Virus record (IMG/VR): IMGVR_UViG_3300033067_001757
Coordinates: 123,244-187,243 of that record
From: a virus
Taxonomy: Duplodnaviria > Caudoviricetes
Direction: 5' to 3' (one strand)
Length of the DNA: 64,000 bases
How positions within the stretch are numbered: position 1 is the stretch's first letter; every line of letters starts with the position of its first letter. The translations under genes were made by a program, and so were the position numbers. The notes under the pieces are model-generated. The model worked only from the letters and a program-made list of their open reading frames with translations. It had not been told where the DNA came from and made no database searches. Of the stretch, positions 19,392 through 29,469 are shown in pieces.

Positions 19392-20171
19392 CTAATAAAT
19401 ATCAATATCCTCGGTTATCAAAGCACCGTTTAGATAGTAAACCTTCAATTGTTGTTTAAAGACATCTTTAAAGACCTTAATGACCCTGGTGATATTAGGA
19501 GTGGTTTGATTAGTGATCTCGCGTAGAATGAGATATATGTGCTGTTTATTAAGAATATCCAAACTCTCTCTCTTACTGAATATGTTCAGTATAGCGTGAA
19601 CGATCTCCTGGTCTTTTTCCAATGGAAATAACTCGAGAATATTTTTAGTTATGTATCCACAAAAAGCTTCTACAAAATCAAATAGTTCAGCATCATCACC
19701 TGAATGTAAGATGTCAGAATAGACTTTTTTATCTTCATCCACATCGTCCAGAGGTGCTTTAGACTTAAGAGTCTTATAGTTTTTATTGTTATACTGAATG
19801 AGGTAACGCTTGGCTACGGTGCCAAAATACGAGTATGCTGCTCCTTTTTCCTGATCGTAGTTGTGTAGTTTCTCCAATAGAAAAACGTTCACTTCATGAT
19901 TCAGATCAAGTAAATTGATCCCTTCCGTGTAGTAAAACTTGAAAGTATTTATCAGATTCTCAGCCAGCTTAAAGAAGCTATGTTTGATTTTAGTTTCAAA
20001 CAATATATTTCTACGGTCGATACAATCGCAAGTCTGGAACTCTACGATGGCGTCTTCTGTATCCTGATTAAAATAATTTCTACTCTGTTTTCTCTTGCGT
20101 TGTCTTAGTTTACCTGATTTGGTATAAATGTCTAGGTCGAGTACGGGTGTTTCTTTTTTCTTTCTTGGCAT
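19392..20171 (-). CDS. phage RNA polymerase sigma-like factor (T4 gp55-like, putative late sigma)
   Basis: YFNQDTEDAIVEF, KLAENLI, LEKLHNYD..KGAAYSYFGTVAKRYLI (sigma region 2-like); start taken at MPRKKK. Confidence 0.6.
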   Translation of the reverse strand: MPRKKKETPVLDLDIYTKSGKLRQRKRKQSRNYFNQDTEDAIVEFQTCDCIDRRNILFETKIKHSFFKLAENLINTFKFYYTEGINLLDLNHEVNVFLLEKLHNYDQEKGAAYSYFGTVAKRYLIQYNNKNYKTLKSKAPLDDVDEDKKVYSDILHSGDDAELFDFVEAFCGYITKNILELFPLEKDQEIVHAILNIFSKRESLDILNKQHIYLILREITNQTTPNITRVIKVFKDVFKQQLKVYYLNGALITEDIDIY

Positions 20172-20297
20172 TGATCCTTTCTTGTGATTCTTAAAATTGT
20201 GCTGTGTGTCATTTGCTTGTCTGTTGTATCTTCGTATTATTATCGAGATGCACACTTATAATGTGCTGAAAAACAATCTTATAATTCTTCTGTTGGT

Positions 20298-20606
20298 CTA
20301 TTTTGCAGCTTTTGCTGCACTCTTGTCCTGGTTGTAATTAATTGCATATCCGCTGAGTATTAATTGGATGTCGTTCATTTTCTTGAAATAAACTCCAATC
20401 TCATCGTCACTTTCGAAACCTGCACGTACTTTAGGATCCTTTAAAATCTCATCGCTTTCCTTGATGTACGTTGTGATCCTAGTTATGTAATCATCCTTAA
20501 ATAGGATATCGTCTTCGTAGATTTCAACCTTTCTTAAAAGGTTTCTGATGATAAAGCCAGCCACTGCCAGCGCTGTGAATAGTACTGCTATAATTATAAT
20601 TTCCAT
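20298..20606 (-). CDS. membrane-anchored coiled-coil protein
   Basis: N-terminal hydrophobic helix IIIIAVLFTALAVAGFII. Confidence 0.7.
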   Translation of the reverse strand: MEIIIIAVLFTALAVAGFIIRNLLRKVEIYEDDILFKDDYITRITTYIKESDEILKDPKVRAGFESDDEIGVYFKKMNDIQLILSGYAINYNQDKSAAKAAK

Positions 20607-20607
20607 A

Positions 20608-21384
20608 TTATACTGATAAGAATTTTTTTAGGAGTTTATTTGATGATTTGGGCTTAACTGAAGCCCCTTCATTCAGTGGTTGTCTATCATTTTTAGGAAC
20701 ATCGGGTATAATTCTCTTTATATTCTGTTGAATAGGCTTTTTTAGCAGGTCTCCTTCGATTCTAGCGGCCATAAGGTCTCCCTGGTGGATTATGTAGGGA
20801 AGATTGCTACGCAGCTTGTATTCCTCTGAGAATGCTACATAATACCCCTTATTCCCTTCTTCGTATAAACCATCGTGCAATTTGATACCCAAATATTCGT
20901 TTTCGGTCAGATTGATACCGAGTGACTGCAAGATGAACAGACTACGGTCCTGTATCTTCATAAAACTGAGTAATGGGTTACTCTTGAACTTCTCTCCGCG
21001 GTTCTTCTTGTGCCATTCCGAATCCTGGTCAATATACATCTCATGTTCTTCTGATCCGAACTTACCGAGATCGTGGTTTATGGCTACCATAGCAAGTTCT
21101 TCATCTGTAAAATCGATTATAGCACCCATTTCAGACCATATATCCTTCACTTTGAAGGAACACTCATACACTTTTAAGATGTGAAAAATATAGCCTCCTA
21201 AAAATGCTGAATGATATGATGTTTTTGATGACGCCGGCATCATTGCTATCCTTTGTGCATACTTATCGTAAAAAGTATAAATCTTACACCATCTATTAGT
21301 ATCGTCGTGAGTATCCGGTATAAAGTTTTTTAATATTTGCAAAAACTTCGTCCAATTTTCTTCTATCAGTTCCGCTGTCAACAT
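20608..21384 (-). CDS. HD-domain phosphohydrolase (YhaM-like)
   Basis: PASS..YHSAF.GG...H, HDLGK, HDG, IIHQGD. Confidence 0.85.
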   Translation of the reverse strand: MLTAELIEENWTKFLQILKNFIPDTHDDTNRWCKIYTFYDKYAQRIAMMPASSKTSYHSAFLGGYIFHILKVYECSFKVKDIWSEMGAIIDFTDEELAMVAINHDLGKFGSEEHEMYIDQDSEWHKKNRGEKFKSNPLLSFMKIQDRSLFILQSLGINLTENEYLGIKLHDGLYEEGNKGYYVAFSEEYKLRSNLPYIIHQGDLMAARIEGDLLKKPIQQNIKRIIPDVPKNDRQPLNEGASVKPKSSNKLLKKFLSV

Positions 21385-21390
21385 TTGTTA

Positions 21391-22275
21391 TTATTTTTTA
21401 GTTCGATGTATTACGGCAAGTTTTTCTATTCTTTCCATCATATTGCTATTTTTTTGCTTTAGTATATTATTACAGTATGATTTTAAATCCTCTATGTGAT
21501 ACAAAGAATGTTTGTATATAAAGATTCTCCCTTTAGTTGTATATCTTTTTTTCTTACAACAGGCAGTAATTTGAGATGGATGAATTCCCAAATATTTACC
21601 AGCGTCAACAGCCGACTTCCACTCTTGTAAAATTTCACCAGTATTAGAAAGCATCAACACTGAAATAGATCGATCATTTTGTATATTAATATGTCCTTTT
21701 TTAGAATTTATTTCTCGTTCAATCATTCTATCTGAACAGTGTTTTTTAATATCATCAATAAGATTGAAATCTTTCTTATATAGCCATATAAAACCACCAC
21801 CCGTCTTACTTCGATTAGAACAACTTTGATAAATACTAGCACTACTAATATTTAAACTTCTGGTCGCTTCTCTTATACCATCCCAATGTTTTATTACTTT
21901 ACCGACAGTAGAAATTTGTACGATTGCTATAGAATTTTTCCTTGCTATAGACTTTAAGGTTTTTGAATCATGTGAACCATTGCTACCGGGATACCGTATG
22001 TTCATCATTTTTATATCGCAATCTGTATATAATTCCCAATAAAGTATTTCGTAATCATTTAAAGTTTTTTGATCTACATCATGAGGTAATTGATGTATGA
22101 TATCAAATGAATGATTAGAAGCTCCGTGTTCAACTAAACTATTAAACAAAAACTTTTGTCGTTTACACCTCAACGTTGAGTACAAGTAAAATCGTCTTGA
22201 TATATCAGTACTTTGTCCAATATATACTTTACCTGTAGGAGAAGTTACTTTATAAATACCTGTTATTTTAGGCAC
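21391..22275 (-). mobile_element. free-standing GIY-YIG homing endonuclease with two NUMOD1-like DNA-binding repeats
   Basis: TGIYKVT..KVYIGQS..RR; IKHWDGIREA...I...C....TGGGFIW and LQEWKSAVDA...ITACC; GTG start. Confidence 0.85.
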
Positions 22276-22366
22276 CTATAAAACTTTCTTTTCTTAGAGA
22301 TGATATAAAAGCATTGATATTGTCAGAGAACTTATTCCAGTTCCCTTTAATAAGGTCTTCAGTCAT
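22268..22366 (-). pseudogene. orphaned 32-codon duplicate of the HD-hydrolase N-terminus
   Basis: MTEDLIKGNWNKFSDNINAFISS aligns with MLTAELIEENWTKFLQILKNFIP; its stop overlaps the endonuclease start. Confidence 0.65.
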
Positions 22367-22369
22367 ATT

Positions 22370-22730
22370 GGATTAAATATTAAATTATTACTATATAATA
22401 GTATTAACTTTTACTATAAATTTATAATTAAGTATTACTATATTATTAAATTAATTTATTATATATAAAATATTAAATACTATAAAAATAAATTAATATT
22501 ATAATATATTTAGTAAATTAGTTATATAAGTATTTACTATTAATATTATATATTCAGTACTATATTATAGCCATCGCCCGTACCGGGCACCTACTATATT
22601 TATTGTTAAGGACAATGCAAAATTAAGTAAAATATAGATAACTTCCAAATTTATTTTTAATTAAGTTATATACTTCTACAAAATAAATTTTATTAATTCA
22701 AAATTAAGTTCTACATTTGCAATTCAAATA
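22370..22730. other. extremely AT-rich divergent intergenic region
   Basis: Almost only A/T except one GC palindrome, GCCCG-TAC-CGGGC (22576-22588); separates the minus- and plus-strand blocks. Confidence 0.7.
22712..22719 (+). promoter_or_regulatory. Bacteroidota -7 promoter element TACATTTG
   Basis: Exact TAnnTTTG, preceded by AAGTTC as at 26038 and 31362; no clear -33 TTTG. Confidence 0.5.
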
Positions 22731-22737
22731 ACATAAT

Positions 22738-23349
22738 ATTTCAGACTTTCTTATAGATCTTACTGGTCCCCGTAACGGGGAATTACCTAGTTTATCCCGG
22801 AAGAAAAAGAAGTCCATTAAAAAGAGCTCCGTAACGGAGCAAGGTAATGGAAAGCTTACATCCAAGGATATTCAGAATTCTCTTAAACTCAGATTTACTA
22901 ATCACAAATATGTGATCAGTAATGCTTTTATATTTCCCGGAGGGTGGGAGTCAGATTTCTTTTCAGTATCCGATGCCGGATACCTTTACGAAATAGAGAT
23001 CAAGGTATCTAAGAGTGATTTTAATGATGACTTTAAAAAGAAGTCTAAGCATACTTTGCTGGAATCTGCTGAGCAGGAACATAATGAATTGAGGCCGAAT
23101 AAATTTTTTTATGCTGTACCGAGGGGTCTTTTACCCAGTTTCTCGATACCGACTTATGCGGGACTGATTGAAGTGAATAACAGGAATGAGCAGGCAGTGG
23201 TGATTAAAGAAGCTCCGTTCATTCATCAGACGAAGCTCTTGGAAAAATATAAAACGAAACTCTTGGATAAGTTCTGCTGGCGCTATAACGATTTATTGAT
23301 GCGTCACTATGAAGACCAGGACCTTGAATTTGAAGGTGAAGGAAAATAA
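22738..23349 (+). CDS. PD-(D/E)XK nuclease, MmcB-like
   Basis: WESD...YEIEIKVSKSDF..D, NKFFYAVP, AGLIEV; frame is open from 22732, with a probable ATT start at 22738 (track start is GTG 22912). Confidence 0.7.
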   Translation: MSDFLIDLTGPRNGELPSLSRKKKKSIKKSSVTEQGNGKLTSKDIQNSLKLRFTNHKYVISNAFIFPGGWESDFFSVSDAGYLYEIEIKVSKSDFNDDFKKKSKHTLLESAEQEHNELRPNKFFYAVPRGLLPSFSIPTYAGLIEVNNRNEQAVVIKEAPFIHQTKLLEKYKTKLLDKFCWRYNDLLMRHYEDQDLEFEGEGK

Positions 23350-23822
23350 TGAAACGAATACTCCAGGAAGAAACAAAGTTTTACCGGAAGCTCAACTACT
23401 CAGACTTTCGTTACGGAATGAGAGAAGCAATTGCTTTTGCTTTGGTTCCGGATGGTAATAGTGATTTGGTTGAGTATTATGGGATGGTGCAGACGGATCC
23501 TACAAACGGCTTACATAAACCTCACTGGATATACATTTTGGTCAATCCGTCAACACCTGGTATATGTAAGATTGGATACACGACACTCACTGTTTACGAA
23601 CGCGTGAGACAAATAAATTCCGCTACTGGGGTCATAATGCCGTGGTATCCGGTATTTATCTACAAGTGTCCGAATGGAAAAATGTTGGAGCGTGATATAC
23701 ATCAGTACCTGGAAAATATCGGACTGAGGATAAATGAAAAGCGCGAAGGATTTAGTATTCAGTCAACCGAGGCTATCAAGATAGTAGAAGAATTAGGAAA
23801 GAAATATAAGTATAGTACCTAG
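23349..23822 (+). CDS. T5orf172 / GIY-YIG domain protein
   Basis: WIYILVN...KIGYT...ERV.QI..TGV..P, LE..IH, REGF. Confidence 0.8.
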   Translation: MKRILQEETKFYRKLNYSDFRYGMREAIAFALVPDGNSDLVEYYGMVQTDPTNGLHKPHWIYILVNPSTPGICKIGYTTLTVYERVRQINSATGVIMPWYPVFIYKCPNGKMLERDIHQYLENIGLRINEKREGFSIQSTEAIKIVEELGKKYKYST

Positions 23823-23864
23823 ATACAATAAAATGCTTTTATAATACATAAACACTATAATCAA

Positions 23865-24278
23865 ATGAGTAAACTCAAAAAAGTAATCTTCGAATACGAA
23901 GACAAAACATTATCAGCATCTGACGTTCAGGCCGAGAAATGGCAGCAGAATTTTACAGAAATGCTTGGCTGGGCCGATTGTGAGAACAACAATAAGTTTG
24001 TCAGTAATCCGGTAGCATTTGAAGTTGGCGAGGTTTCGGATAGCAGCGCCGCGACTGCAATTGAAATTGAGGAGCTGAAAGAAAAATATATTGCTACTAT
24101 CGAAAAGTTGCAAGAAGATATTATAGATCAGATTGAAAAATATGAAGCGCTCCAAAAGAAATTCGATGCATTGGTACAGGAGACAGCCATTATACCACAA
24201 CAACCAATCCCTGCTGAACCTATAAAGTTATCAGCGACACCGGTACCGGAAAAATTGCCTGCAGCTAAAAAGAAGTAG
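23865..24278 (+). CDS. hypothetical coiled-coil protein
   Basis: 137-aa ORF. Confidence 0.7.
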   Translation: MSKLKKVIFEYEDKTLSASDVQAEKWQQNFTEMLGWADCENNNKFVSNPVAFEVGEVSDSSAATAIEIEELKEKYIATIEKLQEDIIDQIEKYEALQKKFDALVQETAIIPQQPIPAEPIKLSATPVPEKLPAAKKK

Positions 24279-24312
24279 ACAAATCAACTCAAAACAAAAC
24301 AAAATAAAGGTC

Positions 24313-25032
24313 ATGAAAACAGGATACAAAGGTACCGATGAGAATATGTATTGTCGCGGTGCCAAATACGAAATCGGAGTTGATTACAGGAAACCTGAAA
24401 AAGAAAATCCAAGATGCTGTACAGCGGATGGATTTCATTATTGTAACAAACTGGTTGATGTATTTTCCAGAAAGAGTAATAACGGTAAGAACAGGTTCTT
24501 TGAAATAGAGGTACTTGGAAACTTTACAGATTCAAATAGTGAATCTATAACCACGGCTTTCAGAATAATACGCGAACTTTCTAAAGAAGAGATTATTAAA
24601 CATATTATAGAAGATAATCTCATGTTGAGCACAGTAAGGAAGTTACAAAATAATAATCCTTACGCTATTGTTGCCGGCAGCGTTTCACTATACCTGCAGG
24701 GTATTAAACTAAAAAGATTTTCTGAATCCAAAGCGTCTGATATTGATGTTATTCTTCCTTTCTTTTCTCTGTTTGAAGGAAGTCAGACCGAAAGCAATTT
24801 CGAACGAACTAAACCATCTGACAACGACTTTGACTGTGTAGTAACTGTGGATAGTTGTAAGATTGATATTATAATTAATCCTAAAGAACCATACTCAATA
24901 GTGGAACATGATGGGTTTAATTATAAGGTTGCTCGGATTGAAGAGACGCTGAAAGCTAAACTGAATTACTCGGCTAAGGGTGGTGAAAAGCATAAAAATG
25001 ACATCATGGAGATGCTGGGTATAAAAAAATAA
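24313..25032 (+). CDS. two-domain protein: Cys/His-containing N-terminal domain plus Pol-beta-type nucleotidyltransferase
   Basis: YKG.D..M.CRG..YE.G...C...GFHYC; then AGSVSL..G...DIDV...KIDI. Confidence 0.6.
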   Translation: MKTGYKGTDENMYCRGAKYEIGVDYRKPEKENPRCCTADGFHYCNKLVDVFSRKSNNGKNRFFEIEVLGNFTDSNSESITTAFRIIRELSKEEIIKHIIEDNLMLSTVRKLQNNNPYAIVAGSVSLYLQGIKLKRFSESKASDIDVILPFFSLFEGSQTESNFERTKPSDNDFDCVVTVDSCKIDIIINPKEPYSIVEHDGFNYKVARIEETLKAKLNYSAKGGEKHKNDIMEMLGIKK

Positions 25033-25048
25033 AAATACAATATAATCT

Positions 25049-25978
25049 ATGAAACTCCAGGCAATATCAGTCTGCGTAAACTATTCCGATTTCTTCATAC
25101 ATAGTGTCTTAGAAAATAAGAAGCTGTTTGACAAGTGGGTGGTAGTCACAGATAAAAATGATATAAATACAGAACAGCTATGTAAAGATCATGGTCTTGT
25201 TTGTGTCAAGACTGACGTATTTTATACCCGTGGCATATTCAATAAGTTTGCCGGGATTAATGAAGGTCTGGTAGAAATAGACAATGATGCATGGGTATTG
25301 TTTCTCGATGCCGATATGGTGTTACACGAACAGACAAGAAGGGTATTAGATTCTTTAAACCTGGATGAGACTTTTATCTATGGAATGGATAGACTCAACT
25401 GTGATGGTATACAGAGATGGAATGAATTTAAACAGAGCCCTGGGATACTCAAAGATTATTGGTTATTACATTCAGCAGGTTTAGAATTTGGTGCCAGACT
25501 TGTACATCTGTACGGATACGAAAAAGGTGATGGTAAGTTTGCGGGGTGGGGTCCTTTAGGATTCTTTCAATTGGCTCACAGATCTCAATTTGAATCATAT
25601 CCAGAAAATAGTTTAGGCGCGGATCATTGTGATTTACTATTCACCAGGCACTGGCCCCGGGATAAAAGAATGTTGATACCGGAGTTGTATGCTATTCATC
25701 TTGAAAGTGAGAATGCCTATAAAGGTATCAACTGGCGTGGAAGAAAATCAGCACCATTTGTTGAGCCTGTCATCATACCTGTTGAAGAATCGGTCGTAGA
25801 AGAAATATCTCAAGATGAATCGGTACCGTCTACTGTGGTAAACGAAATACCACCCGTTATAAAAAAAAAGTTTGCCAGGAGACAAGTTTGTAGATGGTTC
25901 AAATTGATAGTAAGATTTTTCAAATATTGGTTTTACACCATTACCGGATGGTTTACCATTCATCCACCGAAATATTAA
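25049..25978 (+). CDS. GT-A fold glycosyltransferase (GT2-like)
   Basis: SVCVNYSDF, NK..GINEG, VLFLDAD (DxD), GFFQL. Confidence 0.75.
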   Translation: MKLQAISVCVNYSDFFIHSVLENKKLFDKWVVVTDKNDINTEQLCKDHGLVCVKTDVFYTRGIFNKFAGINEGLVEIDNDAWVLFLDADMVLHEQTRRVLDSLNLDETFIYGMDRLNCDGIQRWNEFKQSPGILKDYWLLHSAGLEFGARLVHLYGYEKGDGKFAGWGPLGFFQLAHRSQFESYPENSLGADHCDLLFTRHWPRDKRMLIPELYAIHLESENAYKGINWRGRKSAPFVEPVIIPVEESVVEEISQDESVPSTVVNEIPPVIKKKFARRQVCRWFKLIVRFFKYWFYTITGWFTIHPPKY

Positions 25979-26021
25979 AAATAAAAGTTATGACATTTGA
26001 TATTGAAGGATTTAAAATAAA

Positions 26022-26053
26022 TTTGGAGAACTTATTTAAGTTCTATAATTTTG
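26022..26053 (+). promoter_or_regulatory. Bacteroidota primary-sigma promoter (TTTG-N20-TAATTTTG)
   Basis: Consensus -33 and -7 elements with a 20-nt spacer, upstream of 26074. Confidence 0.6.
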
Positions 26054-26073
26054 TTGTATAATAAATAAAGGTT

Positions 26074-26559
26074 ATGGTAATAGCTGTTACGGGACACCGC
26101 CCGGACAAACTTGGTCGTGAGTACAACATGAAAGGTCCTTACTCAGAGTATATCTCTAACGAATTCGATAAGATAATAGAGGCTTATAAACCGGAAGCCG
26201 GTATATCCGGAATGGCCTTGGGAGTTGACACCTTGTGGGCCATATCTTGCCTCTACCACAATATTCCTCTTATAGCAGCGGTACCATTCGAAGGTCAGGA
26301 ATCAGCCTGGCCAAAGAGTTCCCAGAGGGTTTACAGACAGATATTAGATCATAATGAAACCCAAGTAGTGTATGTATGCGAACCAGGTTATGAAGCGTGG
26401 AAAATGCAGCGACGCAATGTTTGGATGATCGATCATGGTGATATATTGGTGGCTGTATGGGATGGTTCGTCCGGTGGTACCGGGAATTGTGTAAAAGCTG
26501 CAGAGAAAGTCAAAAAGGAGATCATCCGTATTGATCCAAGGTTAGCGGTTAAATATTAA
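26074..26559 (+). CDS. SLOG family protein (YspA/DUF1273-like)
   Basis: IAVTGHRP, SGMALGVD, RN.WM.D..D.LVAVWDG.SGGT. Confidence 0.85.
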   Translation: MVIAVTGHRPDKLGREYNMKGPYSEYISNEFDKIIEAYKPEAGISGMALGVDTLWAISCLYHNIPLIAAVPFEGQESAWPKSSQRVYRQILDHNETQVVYVCEPGYEAWKMQRRNVWMIDHGDILVAVWDGSSGGTGNCVKAAEKVKKEIIRIDPRLAVKY

Positions 26560-26579
26560 ATAAAACACAAATAAAGGTC

Positions 26580-27398
26580 ATGAACAAACTCGATAAACAA
26601 GATTTATCCTTCGCGGTATCACGTCTTCCATCCGAACTGAAAAAGATAATGAAGCTACCAGAATGGCAAAATGCCATCTACGTTGGTGGTGGATACATCC
26701 GAGCTGTGGTATCTGGAGAAAAGATCAATGACATTGACATCTTTGTTAAGAGTAAGAAGGATGGAGAGTTACTGGCTTTGAAGCTTGCTGATATCAATAA
26801 GGTCAAAGTGCATACATCAGACAATGCTTTTACTGTAAAGACCAGACCGATAGCCATCCAGATCATTCACCGCTGGGTCTTCGATAAACCAGAAGACGTT
26901 GCAAACAGCTTTGACTTTACTATATGCTGCGGAGTAATATACTTCAATAATAATCAATGGAACTCATTCACCGATGAACGATTCTACCAGGATCTCGCTG
27001 GTAAGCGTTTGGTCTACCGTCAGCCAATAAGAAATGAAGATAATGGTGGATCACTGCTCAGGGTCCTGAAATACTACCAGAGAGGCTACCGCATTCCTCT
27101 CGATTCACTCGGTGCTGTTATAGCCCGACTCTTGAAAGATATCAAACCAGAAGCAGTAAACATGACGTGTGAATCTGATGTAGCCAGGGTGATCACAGGA
27201 TTACTCCGTGTAGTCGATCCGCTTGTCGATCCGACCCATGAAGCTCATCTGCCGGCGCAGGATGTAACGATGAGTAGTGAAGAAGACCTGCAGCTTCTTG
27301 AAGAAGAAATAGTACCGGAACATATCAAAAAAGCTCTGGCTCACTCTAAAACAGAGAATGAAATTGTGTATCGAGAACGTAATGAAATCGCAGAATAA
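26580..27398 (+). CDS. tRNA nucleotidyltransferase / poly(A) polymerase-like protein
   Basis: VGGG.IR, DIDIF, FDFTIC, LR..KY..RGY. Confidence 0.75.
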   Translation: MNKLDKQDLSFAVSRLPSELKKIMKLPEWQNAIYVGGGYIRAVVSGEKINDIDIFVKSKKDGELLALKLADINKVKVHTSDNAFTVKTRPIAIQIIHRWVFDKPEDVANSFDFTICCGVIYFNNNQWNSFTDERFYQDLAGKRLVYRQPIRNEDNGGSLLRVLKYYQRGYRIPLDSLGAVIARLLKDIKPEAVNMTCESDVARVITGLLRVVDPLVDPTHEAHLPAQDVTMSSEEDLQLLEEEIVPEHIKKALAHSKTENEIVYRERNEIAE

Positions 27399-27421
27399 AC
27401 AATAAAAACAAAATAAAGGTT

Positions 27422-28273
27422 ATGATCAAAGACGTATTCGTTTTAAGTAAGAATGCATGGCATTCAAAACTCATGAAGTACATATGGAATTTAAACTACA
27501 GAGACTTCTCTCACATGTGTCCGTATTTCTGGCTTAGTGTGTTTAATGTTATTGCGTTTGTTCCGGTATTTATAGGGAAGAGTGTGATAGGTAAAATATT
27601 TACATATTCTCGTTCCCGGTTTGGCGATTATTTGGAGAAAAAAGAAAAACAATGGGCTCTGGATTATATTGAAAAATTGAAAAATGATCCAAAAGAACTT
27701 GTAAAATTATCCAGATTATCAACTAAGAAATACAACGATATTTTGTATTATAGGAATTTAAATTTCAGTTCACTTGGAAGTAATTTTTGGAAAGAACTTT
27801 ATCGTCTAAGAGATTCGTATAATGATGAATTGAGTGAAAAATATGAGATAAAATCTTATCGTAAGGAAGAAAAAAGTCTGACCAATAAAGAACGAATCAA
27901 TAAACTACTAAAAGTTGTTAAGCCTATATCAAAGGCCATCCTTTACATAATATCTGCAGCAGGTTTGTTCGGTGTAGGTATGTTACTAATGTATCTTTTT
28001 ATTTTACTCGCAGGAATACCTGGTTCAGATTGGTTGAATTTTGCAACCGTAATCGGATATTGTATAGTTGCAATAATATGTTTTTTACTTCTTTGCGGTG
28101 GAATCTATCTCATTAAAGAACATATCAATGAAAATATTAAGAATGGTTTCGTTACATTCTTTTCTACAATAGCGCAATCAATTGGATGGTTAGTTAAAAA
28201 AATAATCGGCGCTGTATCATTCCTGGTAATGATGCTTAAAGATAGCTGCCCGGCTATAAATTGGAAAGATTAA
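27422..28273 (+). CDS. membrane protein
   Basis: CPYFW motif and several hydrophobic helices. Confidence 0.7.
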   Translation: MIKDVFVLSKNAWHSKLMKYIWNLNYRDFSHMCPYFWLSVFNVIAFVPVFIGKSVIGKIFTYSRSRFGDYLEKKEKQWALDYIEKLKNDPKELVKLSRLSTKKYNDILYYRNLNFSSLGSNFWKELYRLRDSYNDELSEKYEIKSYRKEEKSLTNKERINKLLKVVKPISKAILYIISAAGLFGVGMLLMYLFILLAGIPGSDWLNFATVIGYCIVAIICFLLLCGGIYLIKEHINENIKNGFVTFFSTIAQSIGWLVKKIIGAVSFLVMMLKDSCPAINWKD

Positions 28274-28278
28274 ATTTT

Positions 28279-28479
28279 ATGACACTAAACAGTATAGCAG
28301 AATGGTACTTTATCTTAGGTATCATCACAACAATTATCGGAGTATACCGTGGCCTGAGAAATAAACAGACAGTAGAACCAGATGAACTCACTGTATTCAG
28401 TTGGTTTATTCTATGGTGGATATGGTTACCCTGGCTCGGGTACCGGTTGTTTGTGACTAAAATTTTAAAGAAAGCTTGA
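28279..28479 (+). CDS. small membrane protein
   Basis: Two hydrophobic helices. Confidence 0.6.
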   Translation: MTLNSIAEWYFILGIITTIIGVYRGLRNKQTVEPDELTVFSWFILWWIWLPWLGYRLFVTKILKKA

Positions 28480-28480
28480 T

Positions 28481-28768
28481 ATGAAAAAGTACTTAGCTTA
28501 TCGCGATGTTGACCCTGAAGGTGACGCCTGGTCTGAAAACAGTTTCCTGTTTCAAAACGAAGAAGATGTTGCAAACTTCTTTAAAGAAGATAATCCGGAC
28601 CTGATTGACATTTATACAGACGAGGATGACCGGCAAATATTCAATTTTGAAGTTACAAAAAGTAACAGTGGACGAATAAGCTGTGTATCATTCAATACTC
28701 AGTATGCAGGTGAGGTAATGATTGTTGAAATGTATGGAGGGTATTTGATAAAACGAATTAATTTATGA
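28481..28768 (+). CDS. hypothetical acidic protein
   Basis: ORF tightly packed with neighbours. Confidence 0.65.
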   Translation: MKKYLAYRDVDPEGDAWSENSFLFQNEEDVANFFKEDNPDLIDIYTDEDDRQIFNFEVTKSNSGRISCVSFNTQYAGEVMIVEMYGGYLIKRINL

Positions 28769-29094
28769 GCACAGTAACAGTAAACGGACGAACATTCGTG
28801 CATAACGGAAGTATTTCAATATCCAATGGAAAGATTATCGTTAATGGTAAAGATGTCACACCGGAATCTAAAAATATAAACATCATTGTAAACGGGAATA
28901 TTGATCACATAAAGGTTGATAGTTGTGATCATGTAACTGTTACCGGCAACGCAGAAAGCGTTGAAACAATGAGTGGTGACATCAATATCAACGGTGATGT
29001 GAATGGATTTGTAAAATCTATGTCCGGAGATATAAAATGTGGTCATGTATCCGGTAAAGTTTCTACAATGTCTGGAGACATAAAGAATAAATAA
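28765..29094 (+). CDS. DUF4097-like beta-strand repeat protein
   Basis: Repeated V.TMSGDI units. Confidence 0.7.
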   Translation: MSTVTVNGRTFVHNGSISISNGKIIVNGKDVTPESKNINIIVNGNIDHIKVDSCDHVTVTGNAESVETMSGDININGDVNGFVKSMSGDIKCGHVSGKVSTMSGDIKNK

Positions 29095-29095
29095 T

Positions 29096-29458
29096 ATGAC
29101 GTTCAACTCAATAATAAGTTACTTACCATCAAGCCGGGATAGAACATACGTTACGATAGATCAAATCGAGGAAGAGTTTCCAGATTTCATCGACAAAATA
29201 GAAGAAATTTATACCGATTCAGATTATAGTTCAGTTTCTAAGAATATCGCCAAAGGAGTATGTAGTCAGCTTGAAATATGGGAGAATATATCCTGGAAAC
29301 AGTTCGATATGATCATGAATATGTATAAGACTCCACCGAGAAGGAATAAAAGAGGTTCAAGTTCTAATAGATCGTTTGGGTGGGATTTCCCTACTGGCAA
29401 TGAAAAAATGGAAGATTATGTTCATTTCGGTATAAACTTTAAAGGATTGAGTATATAA
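29096..29458 (+). CDS. hypothetical protein
   Basis: 120-aa ORF. Confidence 0.65.
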   Translation: MTFNSIISYLPSSRDRTYVTIDQIEEEFPDFIDKIEEIYTDSDYSSVSKNIAKGVCSQLEIWENISWKQFDMIMNMYKTPPRRNKRGSSSNRSFGWDFPTGNEKMEDYVHFGINFKGLSI

Positions 29459-29469
29459 TCGACCTGATT

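Noticed and set aside
1345-21184. Short plus-strand ORFs within the structural module
   Set aside because: Antisense shadows of long minus-strand genes, lacking start contexts or motifs.
21391-22275. Group I intron encoding the endonuclease
   Set aside because: Only 6 nt separate it from an HD gene that has its own start, leaving no room for intron core structure.
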